DNA of 64,000 bases from Vicinamibacteria bacterium (GCA_965199715.1 OZ241322.1:1632001-1696000), one strand, 5' to 3'. Shown: positions 50,235 to 60,596, counted from the stretch's first letter. Numbers and translations are program-made. Notes: a model not told the origin generated them from the letters alone.

Positions 50235-50408
50235 TCAGGAACTCCTGAAGGTCCCTCGGCCGGAGCGCCCGGCTTCGATCTCGGCGAGCATCCGGTCGAT
50301 GTCGGCGGTCGGGAACGAGTAGCGCGAATCGATCCGGATCGCCCGCAATTTCCGCTGCGCCTTGACCGCGTCAACCCGGCGCCGCCGGACGGCTTCCTTC
50401 GGACCCAT
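50235..50408 (-). pseudogene. Truncated VapB-type antitoxin remnant
   Basis: KLRAIRIDSRYSFPTADIDRMLAEIEAG resembles the C-terminus of RHH antitoxins; N-terminal DNA-binding part and toxin are absent. Confidence 0.5.
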
Positions 50409-50464
50409 GACGACCTCCCGGAGCGTACCCACGCCCACGAAATGAGTATAGGGCGAGCCGACCC

Positions 50465-51580
50465 TCACTCCTCGCCGCGCCCGTACTTGGTCAGCCCACC
50501 GCCCGCGGTGGGCCGCGACGACGGGCCCTCGGCCACGAAGACGTTCCCGTCGGCGTCTACCGCCACGCCCTCGCCGGCCACTCCCTGGAGCGTGCGGCCC
50601 TCGGTTGGGAAGTGCGGCGGGATGAAGGCGTCCACCCGGTCCTCGCTGGCGGGGCCGATCCGCACGCCGTTCATCCAGCCGTAGTGGTTCGTCGGCGTGG
50701 ATTCGGAGTCGATCGTGTAGAGCGTGTCGTCGTCGGTGATGTACATGCCGCTGATCCGCCCCTGCCGGTGGTAGATGTCCAGCAGGTTGCCGTCCTGGTC
50801 GAAGATCTGGATGCGGTGGTTACCCCGGTCGGCGACGAAGAGCCTTCCCTGGGCGTCGATCTCCAGCGCGTGCGGAGTGCGGAACTGGCCGGGCCGGAAT
50901 CCGATGATCCCCCACTCCTTGATGAAATTCCCCTCGGAGTCGTACTTGAGGATGCGTCCGGTGCGGCCCTCGGGGGGATCCGGACTCTGGCCGCTGTGGC
51001 CGTCGGAGACGAAGACGTCGCCGTTCGCGCCGGTGATCACGTCGCACGGCTCGTAGAGCTGCCCCGGCCCGCTTCCGGGCTGGCCGGCGATCCCGAGCCG
51101 CATCAGCTCCTCGCCCTCGGGCGAGAACTTGATGACCTGGTGGCCCTTGGTGCCGGCCTCGTTCCCCTGCGAGTCCGTCACCCAGACGTTCCCGTCGGAA
51201 TCCACGTGGAGCCCGTGCGGCAGCACGAAGAGCCCGGCGCCGAACTCGGCGAGCAGCTCGCTGGTGTGCCGGTCGTACTTGAGCACCGGGTTGATGTGGG
51301 AGTTCTCCTCGCAGCCGCCCGCCAGCGCGTTCGCGCCGCAGCGGTCGTACACCCAGACGTGCCCGTCGATGGGATCGATATCGACTCCGGCGGTGGATCC
51401 CCAAGTGCGCCCGTCCGGAAGGTCGGCCCACTGGGTGATGACCGTCGGGTTCGGGTTCGGCAGCCTCGCGTCGAGGAAGGGCGCGTGCCCCTCGGGTTCG
51501 GGCGCCTCCTGCATCGGCGGGGCGCCGCAGGCGAGAACGCCGAGAACGCCGGCCAACGGAATGAGTCTCGAATCGCGCAT
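50465..51580 (-). CDS. NHL-repeat (PAL-like) lipoprotein
   Basis: Lipobox VLAC; PHGLHVDSDGNVWVTD, FRTPHAL, VADRGNHRIQIFDQDG. Confidence 0.88.
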   Translation of the reverse strand: MRDSRLIPLAGVLGVLACGAPPMQEAPEPEGHAPFLDARLPNPNPTVITQWADLPDGRTWGSTAGVDIDPIDGHVWVYDRCGANALAGGCEENSHINPVLKYDRHTSELLAEFGAGLFVLPHGLHVDSDGNVWVTDSQGNEAGTKGHQVIKFSPEGEELMRLGIAGQPGSGPGQLYEPCDVITGANGDVFVSDGHSGQSPDPPEGRTGRILKYDSEGNFIKEWGIIGFRPGQFRTPHALEIDAQGRLFVADRGNHRIQIFDQDGNLLDIYHRQGRISGMYITDDDTLYTIDSESTPTNHYGWMNGVRIGPASEDRVDAFIPPHFPTEGRTLQGVAGEGVAVDADGNVFVAEGPSSRPTAGGGLTKYGRGEE

Positions 51581-51649
51581 GACGCCGCTCCTTCAGGCCC
51601 TGACGGGCCGCTCGCCAGTGTACCCGGCCCGACCGCATAGCATCGCCCC

Positions 51650-53113
51650 ATGGAAACGCAGCGTCCCGGCCTCTCCCGGAACCTCGGGCTGGTCGGACTG
51701 ACCGCCACCGGCGTCTGCTCGATGCTCGGGGCGGCGATCTACGTGATCCCGTTCACGATCCACCGGACCGTCCCCGACCTCGGCCCGCACGTCCTCACCG
51801 CCTACCTGTTCGCCGCGATCCCGGCGGTTCTGGCGGCGCTCGCCTACGCCTGCCTCGGGACCGCGATGCCGAGAGCGGGCGGCAGCTACGTGTACGCGAG
51901 CCGGTCGCTCGGCCCGCTGCTCGGGTTCGTGGCCAGCTTCTCGCAGTGGTTCGGCCTCTCGATCGCGATCGGGGTCGTGTCCTACCTGCTGATCCCGTTC
52001 CTGCGCGACGCGGCCTTCGCGTTCGGCTGGAACGGCGTCGGAATCGCGCTCGACTACTCGCCGTTGCGGCTCGTCCTCGCGATCGCGTTCCTGTGGACGT
52101 TCGTCGGGGTGAACATCCGCGGGTTGAAGCTCTACGAACGCACGCTCAACCCGATGATGTTCCTCATGTTCGCCCTGGGCGCGATCGTGATCGTGGTGGG
52201 GTTCTCGTTCGACCACGCCGACTTCGCCGCCGCGCTGCTCGCCGCCGAGGGCCTCAGCCCGCCGCCGGCGACGGATCCGCCGCTCAGCCCGATGGCGGTG
52301 CTGGCCGCGTCGGGGCTCCTGTTCGCGACGTTCATCGGGTTCGACTCGATCGCGCAGGCGGGCGGGGAGGCGAAGAACCCGGAGCGGAACCTGCCGCTCG
52401 CGGTCGGGCTCGCCATCGGCAGCGTGGGCGGGTTCTACTTCCTCTTCACCGCCGCGACGTACCACGCGGTCCCGTGGTCCTTCGTGGCCGAGCAGGCGGC
52501 GCTGCGCGACCTGACCGCGCCGGGGCTGCTTGGGATGATGCTCCCGCCGGCGGCGACCGCGGCGATCCTGCTGGGGGCGGCGGTCGCGCTCATCAACGAC
52601 CTGCCGGCGATGCTGCTCGCGGTCTCCCGGATGATGTTCGCCTGGGCCGGCGACGGCATTTTCCCGAAGGCGGTCGCCGCGGTCCACCCGCGCTTCCGCA
52701 CCCCGAGGACCGCCATCCTGCTGAGCGGCGCGATGGCGACCGCCGGCATCCTCGGAAGCCACTTCGCCGGCGACGTCTTCCTCGGCATCGACATCCTCGT
52801 GGTCTCGATGCTCGTCAATTTCGGCCTCATTTGCGTCGCGCTCACCGCCCTGCCCTCCCGCAACCCCGCGCTCGCCGCGAGGATCACGATCCTCGCTCCC
52901 GCGCTGCGGAGCCTCGTCGGCGTCCTCGGCGCGGCGATCCTCGCGGTCGTGCTCGGCTTCCACGTCGTGCGCGACCTGACCGCGGACGTGGCCGCCTGGT
53001 ACTACCGCTCGACTCCGGTGTGGCTGCTGGTCATGGGAATCGCCGCCCTGTTCTGCGTCCGCGAGATGCGCGGGGTGGATCCCGACCGCTTCCGCGAGCT
53101 TCCCGAACAGTGA
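51650..53113 (+). CDS. APC-family amino acid permease
   Basis: About 12 TMs; AMPRAGGSYVY, FIGFD, GEAKNPERNLP, SRMMFAWA.DG.FPK, HPRFRTP. Confidence 0.92.
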   Translation: METQRPGLSRNLGLVGLTATGVCSMLGAAIYVIPFTIHRTVPDLGPHVLTAYLFAAIPAVLAALAYACLGTAMPRAGGSYVYASRSLGPLLGFVASFSQWFGLSIAIGVVSYLLIPFLRDAAFAFGWNGVGIALDYSPLRLVLAIAFLWTFVGVNIRGLKLYERTLNPMMFLMFALGAIVIVVGFSFDHADFAAALLAAEGLSPPPATDPPLSPMAVLAASGLLFATFIGFDSIAQAGGEAKNPERNLPLAVGLAIGSVGGFYFLFTAATYHAVPWSFVAEQAALRDLTAPGLLGMMLPPAATAAILLGAAVALINDLPAMLLAVSRMMFAWAGDGIFPKAVAAVHPRFRTPRTAILLSGAMATAGILGSHFAGDVFLGIDILVVSMLVNFGLICVALTALPSRNPALAARITILAPALRSLVGVLGAAILAVVLGFHVVRDLTADVAAWYYRSTPVWLLVMGIAALFCVREMRGVDPDRFRELPEQ

Positions 53114-54351
53114 CGACGCTCGCGCCGGGGCTCGACATCTCCCGGGTCGTCACCGGGCTCTGGCAGGTGGCGGACGAGGAGCGCCATGGAACCGACCTGG
53201 ATCCGGAGCGTGCGGCCCGCTCGCTCGAGGCGCTCGTGGACGCGGGGAGCACGACGTTCGACGTGGCCGACCACTACGGCAGCGCCGAGATCATCGCCGG
53301 GGCGCTGAAGCGCCGGCGCGACGAGGTCCGGGTGCTGACCAAGTGGGTGCCGCCGCCCGGAGCCGCTTCCCGCTCCGAAGTCAAGGCGGCGGTCGAGCGG
53401 TCGCTCGCCCGGGTCGGCGTGGACCGGCTGGATCTGCTCCAGTTCCACGCTTGGAGCTACGCCGACCCGTCGTGGCTGGACTGCCTCCACCACCTCGCCG
53501 ACCTGCGCGCCGAAGGCCGCGTTCTCCACCTCGGCGTCACCAACTTCGACGCGGCGCACCTCGACTTCGCGCTCCGCAGCGGCCTCCCGCTGGTCTCGAA
53601 CCAGGTGTCCTGCTCGCTGCTCGACCGGCGCGCCCTCGGACCGATGCGCGACGTCTGTCGGACCCACGGCGTGGGGGTCCTCGCGTACGGAACTCTCGCC
53701 GGAGGCCTCCTGAGCGACCGCTTCGTGGGACGGCCCCCGGCGGACGACACCTGGTCGCAGGCGAAGTACGGGCGCTTCATCCGGGAGGCTGGCGGCTGGG
53801 ACGAGTTCCAGTTCCTGCTGCGCACGGTGCGGCGGGTCGCGGGCGGGCGCCCGATCGCCCACGTCGCCGCCGCGTTCGCGCTCGCGCAGGATTTCGTCGC
53901 CGGGGTGATCGTGGGGGCTCGGCCGGGAAGCGCCCACGACAACCGCGGAATTCTCGAGACCCCGCTCGACGCGGGCGCGCTCGACGAACTGGAAGGAGCC
54001 GCGCTCGCCCCCATCCCCGGCGATTGCGGCGACGAGTACCGGCGGCCGCCGTTCCTGACCGCTTCGGGGGACCTCAGCCACCATCTCGACGCGATCCCGC
54101 CGCCGTTCGCCCCGGTCGATGGCCGGATCGAGGCCGAGGGCGTGGAGGAGGCGGTCCGCGACGGCGACGGCGTCCGCCTCCGGGGGGTCTCGCCGGTGCA
54201 TCGCGGGCGCCGGATGGGCGGCGGCGACCGCTTGGCCGAGAAGCTCTTCCTCTTCGACCGGGCCGAGGGGTTGCTCGCGTCGCTCGGGGGCGACGTCGAG
54301 CGCGCGCGGATCCGGTTCCGCTCCGGGCCGCTGCTGGACGCCGACGCATAG
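53110..54351 (+). CDS. Aldo/keto reductase with short C-terminal Rid-like extension
   Basis: TGLWQ, TFDVADHYGSAE, LTKW, DLLQFHAW, GVTNFD, SNQV, YGTLAGG; tail after PGDCGDEYRRPPFLTASGDLSHH. Confidence 0.85.
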   Translation: MTTLAPGLDISRVVTGLWQVADEERHGTDLDPERAARSLEALVDAGSTTFDVADHYGSAEIIAGALKRRRDEVRVLTKWVPPPGAASRSEVKAAVERSLARVGVDRLDLLQFHAWSYADPSWLDCLHHLADLRAEGRVLHLGVTNFDAAHLDFALRSGLPLVSNQVSCSLLDRRALGPMRDVCRTHGVGVLAYGTLAGGLLSDRFVGRPPADDTWSQAKYGRFIREAGGWDEFQFLLRTVRRVAGGRPIAHVAAAFALAQDFVAGVIVGARPGSAHDNRGILETPLDAGALDELEGAALAPIPGDCGDEYRRPPFLTASGDLSHHLDAIPPPFAPVDGRIEAEGVEEAVRDGDGVRLRGVSPVHRGRRMGGGDRLAEKLFLFDRAEGLLASLGGDVERARIRFRSGPLLDADA

Positions 54352-54363
54352 ACTCTGCCCCCC

Positions 54364-55710
54364 ATGGAGGCGCCCCTTCCCCTTCGCACCGCGGGGCTCG
54401 CGATTGCGGCGAACCCGCTGCGGACGGTGCTCGCGCTGACCGGGCTGACCATCGGCGTCGCGTCCGTGATTACGATGGCGGCGCTCGGCACGGGCGCCCG
54501 CGACGAGGTCGCGAGCGACGTCCGGTCGGCGGGAACGAACATCGTCGTCGTACGCTCGGGGAACTACATCCGGGGCGGCGACGCGATCAACATCCCGTCC
54601 GGATTCGGGCGCGCCGACACGCTGACGGTCGCCGACGCGGACGCCATCCGCGGGATCGCCGACATCGCCATGGTGACGCCGGTGGTCGAGATCCGGCTCG
54701 CGGTGGAGTCGGAATTCGGGGACGGATTCGGGGCGATCCACGGAGTCTCGGCCGAGGCTGCGGACATCTACCGCCTCAGCATCCTGAGCGGCGAGAACTT
54801 CGAGGCCGCCGACGTGGACGGGGCGGTTCCGGCGATCCTGCTTTCCGGCCCGCTCGCCGCCGACGCGTTTCCCGGACGGTCGGCGGTGGACGAGACGGTT
54901 CGCATCCGTGGCCGCGACTTCGAGGTGCGCGGCGTCTATCAGACCTCGGACCGCCGGCTCGCCGAGGCCGCCATCATCCCGTTTCCGATTGCGCAGGAGC
55001 TTGCTGGGCGCGACTACCTGAACGCGATCGCGATCGCCACCGAGCGGGCGGGCGACGCCTCGGTCGTGGCCCGGAGCGTGACCCAGCTTCTGCGCGAACG
55101 CCACGAGCTCACCCGGTCCGCGCCCCCCGCCGAATCCGGCGCGCCCCACTCCTTCCGCCGGGGCGCCCGCCTCCCCGACGACTTCACGGTGCGGACCCAG
55201 GCGACCTCGGCGCTCACCCAGGGCCTCTACACCACCGCCGCCGCCTTCGTGCTGGCCTCGATGCCGCGCCTCGACGAGGTCACCTCCGAGGAGATGGTGG
55301 GCACGCTGAACCGGGCGACTTCGACCATGACGCTGCTGCTCGGTGCGCTCGCCGCGGTCTCGCTGATCGTCGGCGGCGTCGGGATCATGAACGTGATGCT
55401 GCTGGCCGTGACCGAGCGCACCCGCGAGATCGGGCTGCGCCTCGCGGTGGGAGCGCGGCGACGCGACGTGCTGTGGCAGTTCCTCGCCGAGGCCGTGGCC
55501 CTGTCGGCGCTCGGCGGGCTCGCCGGCGTGGTCATCGGCGGGCTCTCGTCAGCGGTCGTCGAGCAGCTTCTCGGCTGGCGCACCCTCATCCACTGGATGG
55601 CGCCCGCCGGGGCGACCGCGATGGCCGCCGCGATCGGAGTCTTCTTCGGCTGGTACCCGGCGCGCCGCGCCTCGAATCTGGACCCGATCGTCGCGCTCAG
55701 GACGGAGTAG
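54364..55710 (+). CDS. MacB/FtsX-family ABC permease
   Basis: LTGLTIGVASVI, GGVGIMNVML.AVTERTREIGLRLAVGA, QFLAEA, YPARRASNLDPIVALR. Confidence 0.92.
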   Translation: MEAPLPLRTAGLAIAANPLRTVLALTGLTIGVASVITMAALGTGARDEVASDVRSAGTNIVVVRSGNYIRGGDAINIPSGFGRADTLTVADADAIRGIADIAMVTPVVEIRLAVESEFGDGFGAIHGVSAEAADIYRLSILSGENFEAADVDGAVPAILLSGPLAADAFPGRSAVDETVRIRGRDFEVRGVYQTSDRRLAEAAIIPFPIAQELAGRDYLNAIAIATERAGDASVVARSVTQLLRERHELTRSAPPAESGAPHSFRRGARLPDDFTVRTQATSALTQGLYTTAAAFVLASMPRLDEVTSEEMVGTLNRATSTMTLLLGALAAVSLIVGGVGIMNVMLLAVTERTREIGLRLAVGARRRDVLWQFLAEAVALSALGGLAGVVIGGLSSAVVEQLLGWRTLIHWMAPAGATAMAAAIGVFFGWYPARRASNLDPIVALRTE

Positions 55711-56176
55711 GCATCTCCATGCCGGTGTGGGGATCTACCATCGGCTCGTCCATGACGAAGGGCACCTCGATCTCGTAGGGGTCGCCCTCGAAGCGGAAGT
55801 ACACGTCCGCGACGGCCCCCTCGCCCTCGACCGGGCGGCCCGTCGCGATCCACGCCTCGCCGAACTCGTCGATCACCGGGCGGAGCGGCTCCGGGTCCGC
55901 GTCGGGGCGGCGCACGGTCACCCGGACCTCTTCGGCGACCGCCGCCGGCAACTCGCCGCGCATCGCGTCGGAGAAGTAGATCCGGTGCTCGCCGCCGAAG
56001 TCGAGCACGACCTCGAAGTGCAGGTCGCCGTGCATGAAGACGTAGCCGCCGTACTTCGGGGAATGGTCCCCGTGGGCCATCATCGACATGTCGTCGGCCG
56101 GGACCTCGGGCGCGGGTTCTTCGGGCGCGCCGCAGGCGGCGAGGAGGAAGGCGAGCGGGAGGAGTCTCGTGGGCAT
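55697..56176 (-). CDS. Met/His-rich periplasmic lipoprotein, putative Cu/Ag binding
   Basis: Lipobox LAAC; MSMMAHGDHSPKYGG…MHGDLHFE…MVDPHTGMEM; last gene of the cus-like operon. Confidence 0.65.
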   Translation of the reverse strand: MPTRLLPLAFLLAACGAPEEPAPEVPADDMSMMAHGDHSPKYGGYVFMHGDLHFEVVLDFGGEHRIYFSDAMRGELPAAVAEEVRVTVRRPDADPEPLRPVIDEFGEAWIATGRPVEGEGAVADVYFRFEGDPYEIEVPFVMDEPMVDPHTGMEMPTPS

Positions 56177-56199
56177 GGGAACCCGGAAACGATACGCCC

Positions 56200-59100
56200 T
56201 CAGGCCCCCGGCAGGTCGCGGCCCCGCCAGATCGAGTAGCCGGCCGGGAACGCCAGCAGGACCACGACCGCGGCGGTGACCACGCCGCCGACCATGGGGG
56301 CCGCGATCCGCTTCATCACGTCGGCCCCGGCCCCGGCGCTCCACATGATCGGCAGGAGCCCCAGAACGGTCGTCGCGCTCAGCATGACCACCGGTCGAAC
56401 CCGGCGGACCGCGCCCTCGAAGACCGCGGCGCGGAGCCGGGAGACGCGGTCGGGGAGCGCCGCGTCGAAGGCGCGGTCGAGATAGAGGAGCATGACGACG
56501 CCGGTCTCGGCGCTCAGGCCGGCGAGCGCGATCATGCCCACCCAGACCGCGACGCTCAGGTTGTAATCGAGCAGATACAGCAGCCAGACCGCGCCGATCA
56601 GCGACAGCGGCACCGCCGAGAGCACGAAGAGCGTCCGCGCGACGGAGCGCGTGCTCGCGTGGATCGTCAGGAAGATCAGCAGCAGGGTGATCGGGATGAC
56701 GACCCGCATGCGCTCCGCCGCCCGCGCGAGCGACTCGTACTGGCCGCTCCAGCCGAGGCTGTAGCCGGGGGGAACCTCCACCCGCGCCGCGACTTCCCGC
56801 CGGGCGCGCGCGACGTAGGTCCCCACGTCCACGTCGTCGATGTCCACATGGACCCACGCCGTCGGCCGCGCCTGCTCGCTCTTGATCGCGGGCGGCCCGT
56901 TGGCGAAGGACAGGTCGGCGAGATGGCCGAGGGGGATCTGCTGCCCCCTTGGGGTCGGGACGAGGACGTCCAGCAGCGCCTCGGGATGCGCACGGAGGTC
57001 GCGGTTGTACCGCAGGTTGACCGGGTACCGCTCGAGGCCCTCCACCGTGGTCGTGATGTTCATCCCGCCGATGGCGGTCTGGATCACGTCCTGGACGTCC
57101 CCCACGGTCAGCCCGTACCGGGCGATTCCGTCGCGGCGGACCGAGACGTTCAGGTAGTTGCCGCCCATGACGCGCTCGGCGTATGCGGAGCGGGTTCCGG
57201 GGACGTCCCGGACGACCGCCTCGATCTCGCGGCCCACCTCCTCCAGCACCGCGAGGTCGGGGCCGGAGATCTTGATCCCCACCGGGGTCTTGACTCCCGT
57301 GGACAGCATGTCGAGGCGGGTCTTGATCGGCATGGTCCAGGCGTTCGTGACCCCGGGGAAGCGGATCGCCCGGTCCATCTCCTCGGTGAGCCGCTCGGGA
57401 GTCATGCCGGGCCGCCATTCCGATTCGGGCTTCAGCTTGATGGTCGTCTCCAGCATGCTGAGCGGGGCCGGGTCGGTGGCGGTGTCGGCGCGACCGGCCT
57501 TCCCGAAGACGCGGTCCACTTCCGGGAAGGTGCTCAGGATGCGGTCGGTCTGCTGGAGGATCTCGCGCGCCTTGGTGACGGAGACTCCGGGGAGCGTCGT
57601 CGGCATGTAGAGGAGATCTCCCTCCCACAGCGGCGGCATGAACTCGGACCCGAGCCGTTTGAGCGGGAACCACGTCGCGCCGAGCGCTCCCAGCGTGAGG
57701 ACGACGACCGTCCAGCGCCGGCGGAGCGCGAACCGCAGCGCCGGGCGGTAGGCGGCCATGAGCAGCGCGGTGATCGGGTTGGCCTGCGTCGCATGGATCC
57801 GGCCGCGGATCCAGTAGCGGACGAGCACCGGGACGAGCGTCACCGAGAGCGCGGCGGCGGCGGCCATCGCGTAGGTCTTGGTGAACGCGAGCGGCCGGAA
57901 CAGCCGCCCTTCCTGCGCCTCCAGCGCGAAGATCGGCAGGAACGAGATCGTGACGACGAGCAGCGCGAAGAAGAGCGTCGGGCCGACCTCGACGGCGGCG
58001 CGGGTGACGATCCGCGAGTGCGGAAGCCGCCCTCCGTCGCGCTCGAGATGCCGGTGGGCGTTCTCCACCATGACGATCGCGGCGTCCACCATGGCCCCGA
58101 TGGCGATGGCGATGCCGCCGAGCGACATGATGTTGGCGTTGATGCCCTGCGCGTGCATCACGATGAGCGCCATCAGCACCGCGAGCGGCAGGGTGATCAC
58201 GGCGACGAGCGCGGACCGCGCATGCAGCAGGAACACGGCGCAGACGACGGCCACGATGGCCATTTCCTCGAGCAGCTTCCGCTGGAGGGTGTCGATGGAG
58301 CGGTCGATGAGCGCGGTGCGGTCATAGACCGGGACGATTTCCGCCCCTTCCGGGAGGCCCGACTGGAGCTCGGCGAGCCGCTCCTTGACCCGCTCGACGA
58401 CGTCGCGGGCGTTCGCGCCGGAGCGCGCCACGACGACCCCGCCCACGACCTCGCCCTCGCCGTCCAGCTCGGCGATTCCGCGCCGGATGTCGGGGCCGAC
58501 CGCCACCGTGGCCACGTCCTGCAGCGAGATCGGCGTCCCCGACTCGTCCACTCCGAGCGCGACCAGCTTCAGATCCTCGACATCGTCGATGTAGCCCTCG
58601 CCGCGGACCATGAACTCGGCCTCGGACATCTCGAGCACCCGGCCGCCGACGTCGTTGTTGCTGCGCTGGACCGCGGTCCGGATGCGGGCGAGCGAGACGT
58701 CGTAGGCGCGCAGCCGGTTCGGATCCACGGTGATCTGGTACTGCTTCACGAAGCCGCCGACGCTCGCGACCTCGGAGACGCCGGGGACCGAGGTGAGCTC
58801 GTATTTCAAGAACCAGTCCTGGAGCGACCGCAGCTCGGCGAGGTCCGCGTCCTCCGAGCGGAGCGCGTACATGTAGGCCCAGCCGACCCCGGTGGCGTCG
58901 GGGCCGAGGGTGGGGGCCACCCCCGACGGCAGCCGCCCGCTCACGAAATTCAGGTACTCGAGCACGCGGCTGCGCGCCCAGTAGAGGTCGGTGCCGTCCT
59001 CGAAGATCACATAGACGAACGAGGTTCCGAAGAAGGAGTACCCGCGGACGACGCTGGCTCCGGGAACCGCGAGCATCTGGGTGGTGATGGGGTACGTGAC

Positions 59101-59292
59101 TTGGTCCTCGACCACCTGCGGGGCCTGCCCCGGGTACTCGGTGAAGACGATCACCTGCACGTCAGAAAGGTCGGGGAGCGCGTCCAGCGGCATGGACCGC
59201 GCCGCGTGGATTCCGCCGAACGCGATCGCGGCCGCCGCGAGGACGACGAGGAAGTGGTTCCGGATCGACCACTCGATCACGCGCTCCAGCAC
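56200..59292 (-). CDS. cusA: Heavy-metal efflux RND transporter CusA/SilA
   Basis: DALPDLSDVQV, GPDATGVGW, EFMPPLWEGDLLYMP, WTMPIKTRLDML, KRIAAPMVGG. Confidence 0.95.
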   Translation of the reverse strand: MLERVIEWSIRNHFLVVLAAAAIAFGGIHAARSMPLDALPDLSDVQVIVFTEYPGQAPQVVEDQVTYPITTQMLAVPGASVVRGYSFFGTSFVYVIFEDGTDLYWARSRVLEYLNFVSGRLPSGVAPTLGPDATGVGWAYMYALRSEDADLAELRSLQDWFLKYELTSVPGVSEVASVGGFVKQYQITVDPNRLRAYDVSLARIRTAVQRSNNDVGGRVLEMSEAEFMVRGEGYIDDVEDLKLVALGVDESGTPISLQDVATVAVGPDIRRGIAELDGEGEVVGGVVVARSGANARDVVERVKERLAELQSGLPEGAEIVPVYDRTALIDRSIDTLQRKLLEEMAIVAVVCAVFLLHARSALVAVITLPLAVLMALIVMHAQGINANIMSLGGIAIAIGAMVDAAIVMVENAHRHLERDGGRLPHSRIVTRAAVEVGPTLFFALLVVTISFLPIFALEAQEGRLFRPLAFTKTYAMAAAAALSVTLVPVLVRYWIRGRIHATQANPITALLMAAYRPALRFALRRRWTVVVLTLGALGATWFPLKRLGSEFMPPLWEGDLLYMPTTLPGVSVTKAREILQQTDRILSTFPEVDRVFGKAGRADTATDPAPLSMLETTIKLKPESEWRPGMTPERLTEEMDRAIRFPGVTNAWTMPIKTRLDMLSTGVKTPVGIKISGPDLAVLEEVGREIEAVVRDVPGTRSAYAERVMGGNYLNVSVRRDGIARYGLTVGDVQDVIQTAIGGMNITTTVEGLERYPVNLRYNRDLRAHPEALLDVLVPTPRGQQIPLGHLADLSFANGPPAIKSEQARPTAWVHVDIDDVDVGTYVARARREVAARVEVPPGYSLGWSGQYESLARAAERMRVVIPITLLLIFLTIHASTRSVARTLFVLSAVPLSLIGAVWLLYLLDYNLSVAVWVGMIALAGLSAETGVVMLLYLDRAFDAALPDRVSRLRAAVFEGAVRRVRPVVMLSATTVLGLLPIMWSAGAGADVMKRIAAPMVGGVVTAAVVVLLAFPAGYSIWRGRDLPGA

Positions 59293-59297
59293 GGGAC

Positions 59298-60596
59298 TCA
59301 GGGGTGCTCGTGATGCTCGTGGGCGGGCGGCGGCTCCTCGGGGAGCTCCGCGCTCGCGTCGAGGCCGCGGATGGCGGCCGTCAGGTTGCTCTCGGAATCG
59401 ATGAGGAATTGCGATGAGACGACGACCGTGTCGCCGGGCTCCACGCCGGCGAGCACCTCCCAGTACTGGTCACCCCGGCGGCCGAGTGTGACCGCCCGGA
59501 CCTCGAACGCTCCGCCGGCCCGCTCGAGCACGACGACGTCGCGTTCGCCGCCCCGGATGACTGCCTCTTCGGGAACCGCGACGGCGCTCCGGGCGAGCGG
59601 CACGTCGAAGGTGACGTTCGCGTACATCCCGGCGCGCAGCGTCAGGTCGGGGTTCTCCAGCTCGATGGAGACCGCGAGCGTGCGGGTCGCCTCGTCGAAG
59701 TGCGGCGAGAGGAAGCGCACGACGCCCCGGTAGGGCCGGCCCGGCAGGTACGGAAGCTCGACCTGCGCCGGCTGGCCCACGCCCATGGCCTCGACCTGGT
59801 GCTCGAACACGTTCACCTCGACCCAGATCGTGGTGAGGTCGGCGATCTTGTAGAGGTTCATGCCGGCGTCCACGTGCATGCCGTCGAGCGCTTGGTCCAC
59901 CTTCCCCACGATCACTCCGGTCACCGGCGACAGGACCGAGAGCGTCCGGCGCGGAGTCCGCTCGCGCTCGAGCGTCTCGATCTGGTCGTCGGTGACGTCC
60001 CAGTAGCCGAGCCGGGTGCGGGCCGAGGCGACGAGCGAGCGAGCGCGCTCCGCCATCTCGGGGAATTCCGACGTCGCGAGCCGGGCCGCGTAATCGACCG
60101 CCTGCAGGTACTCCATCTGGGTGGTCACGAGCTGGGGGCTGTAGATGTCGAAGAGGACCTGCCCGCGCTCGACGGTCTCGCCGACGTAGTGGACCGCGAC
60201 GTTCTCGATCCACCCGTCGTACTTGGTGTTCACCCACGCGATCTGGCGCTCGTTGTGGGCGAGCGTACCGACGGTCCGGACCGCGTTGGCCACGTTGCGG
60301 CGCTGGACCGAGGCGGTGCGGACGCCGATGGTCTGCGCGAAGCCGGGGTCGATCCGGACCGTGTTCGGCGGGTCCTCCCGTCGCTCGTCGGCGTACACCG
60401 GGATGAGGTCCATGCCCATCGGGGACTTCCCGGGGCCGTCCGAGATGAAGGTCGGATCCATCGGGGCGCGCCAGTGGAGGATCTCCCGTTCGGCCTCGGG
60501 CGCGGCTTCGGGCGCGGGGGCCTCGGGGGAGAGGAGGGCGGCGGCGGCGATTCCGAGCGCGAAGCTGATCGCGCCGACGGCGACGACGGTCTTCAT
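59298..60596 (-). CDS. cusB: Efflux RND membrane-fusion subunit CusB
   Basis: APMDP…PGKSPMGMDLIPV, GWIE, YSPQL..TQ.EYL, QFLIDSES, His-rich tail. Confidence 0.92.
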   Translation of the reverse strand: MKTVVAVGAISFALGIAAAALLSPEAPAPEAAPEAEREILHWRAPMDPTFISDGPGKSPMGMDLIPVYADERREDPPNTVRIDPGFAQTIGVRTASVQRRNVANAVRTVGTLAHNERQIAWVNTKYDGWIENVAVHYVGETVERGQVLFDIYSPQLVTTQMEYLQAVDYAARLATSEFPEMAERARSLVASARTRLGYWDVTDDQIETLERERTPRRTLSVLSPVTGVIVGKVDQALDGMHVDAGMNLYKIADLTTIWVEVNVFEHQVEAMGVGQPAQVELPYLPGRPYRGVVRFLSPHFDEATRTLAVSIELENPDLTLRAGMYANVTFDVPLARSAVAVPEEAVIRGGERDVVVLERAGGAFEVRAVTLGRRGDQYWEVLAGVEPGDTVVVSSQFLIDSESNLTAAIRGLDASAELPEEPPPAHEHHEHP

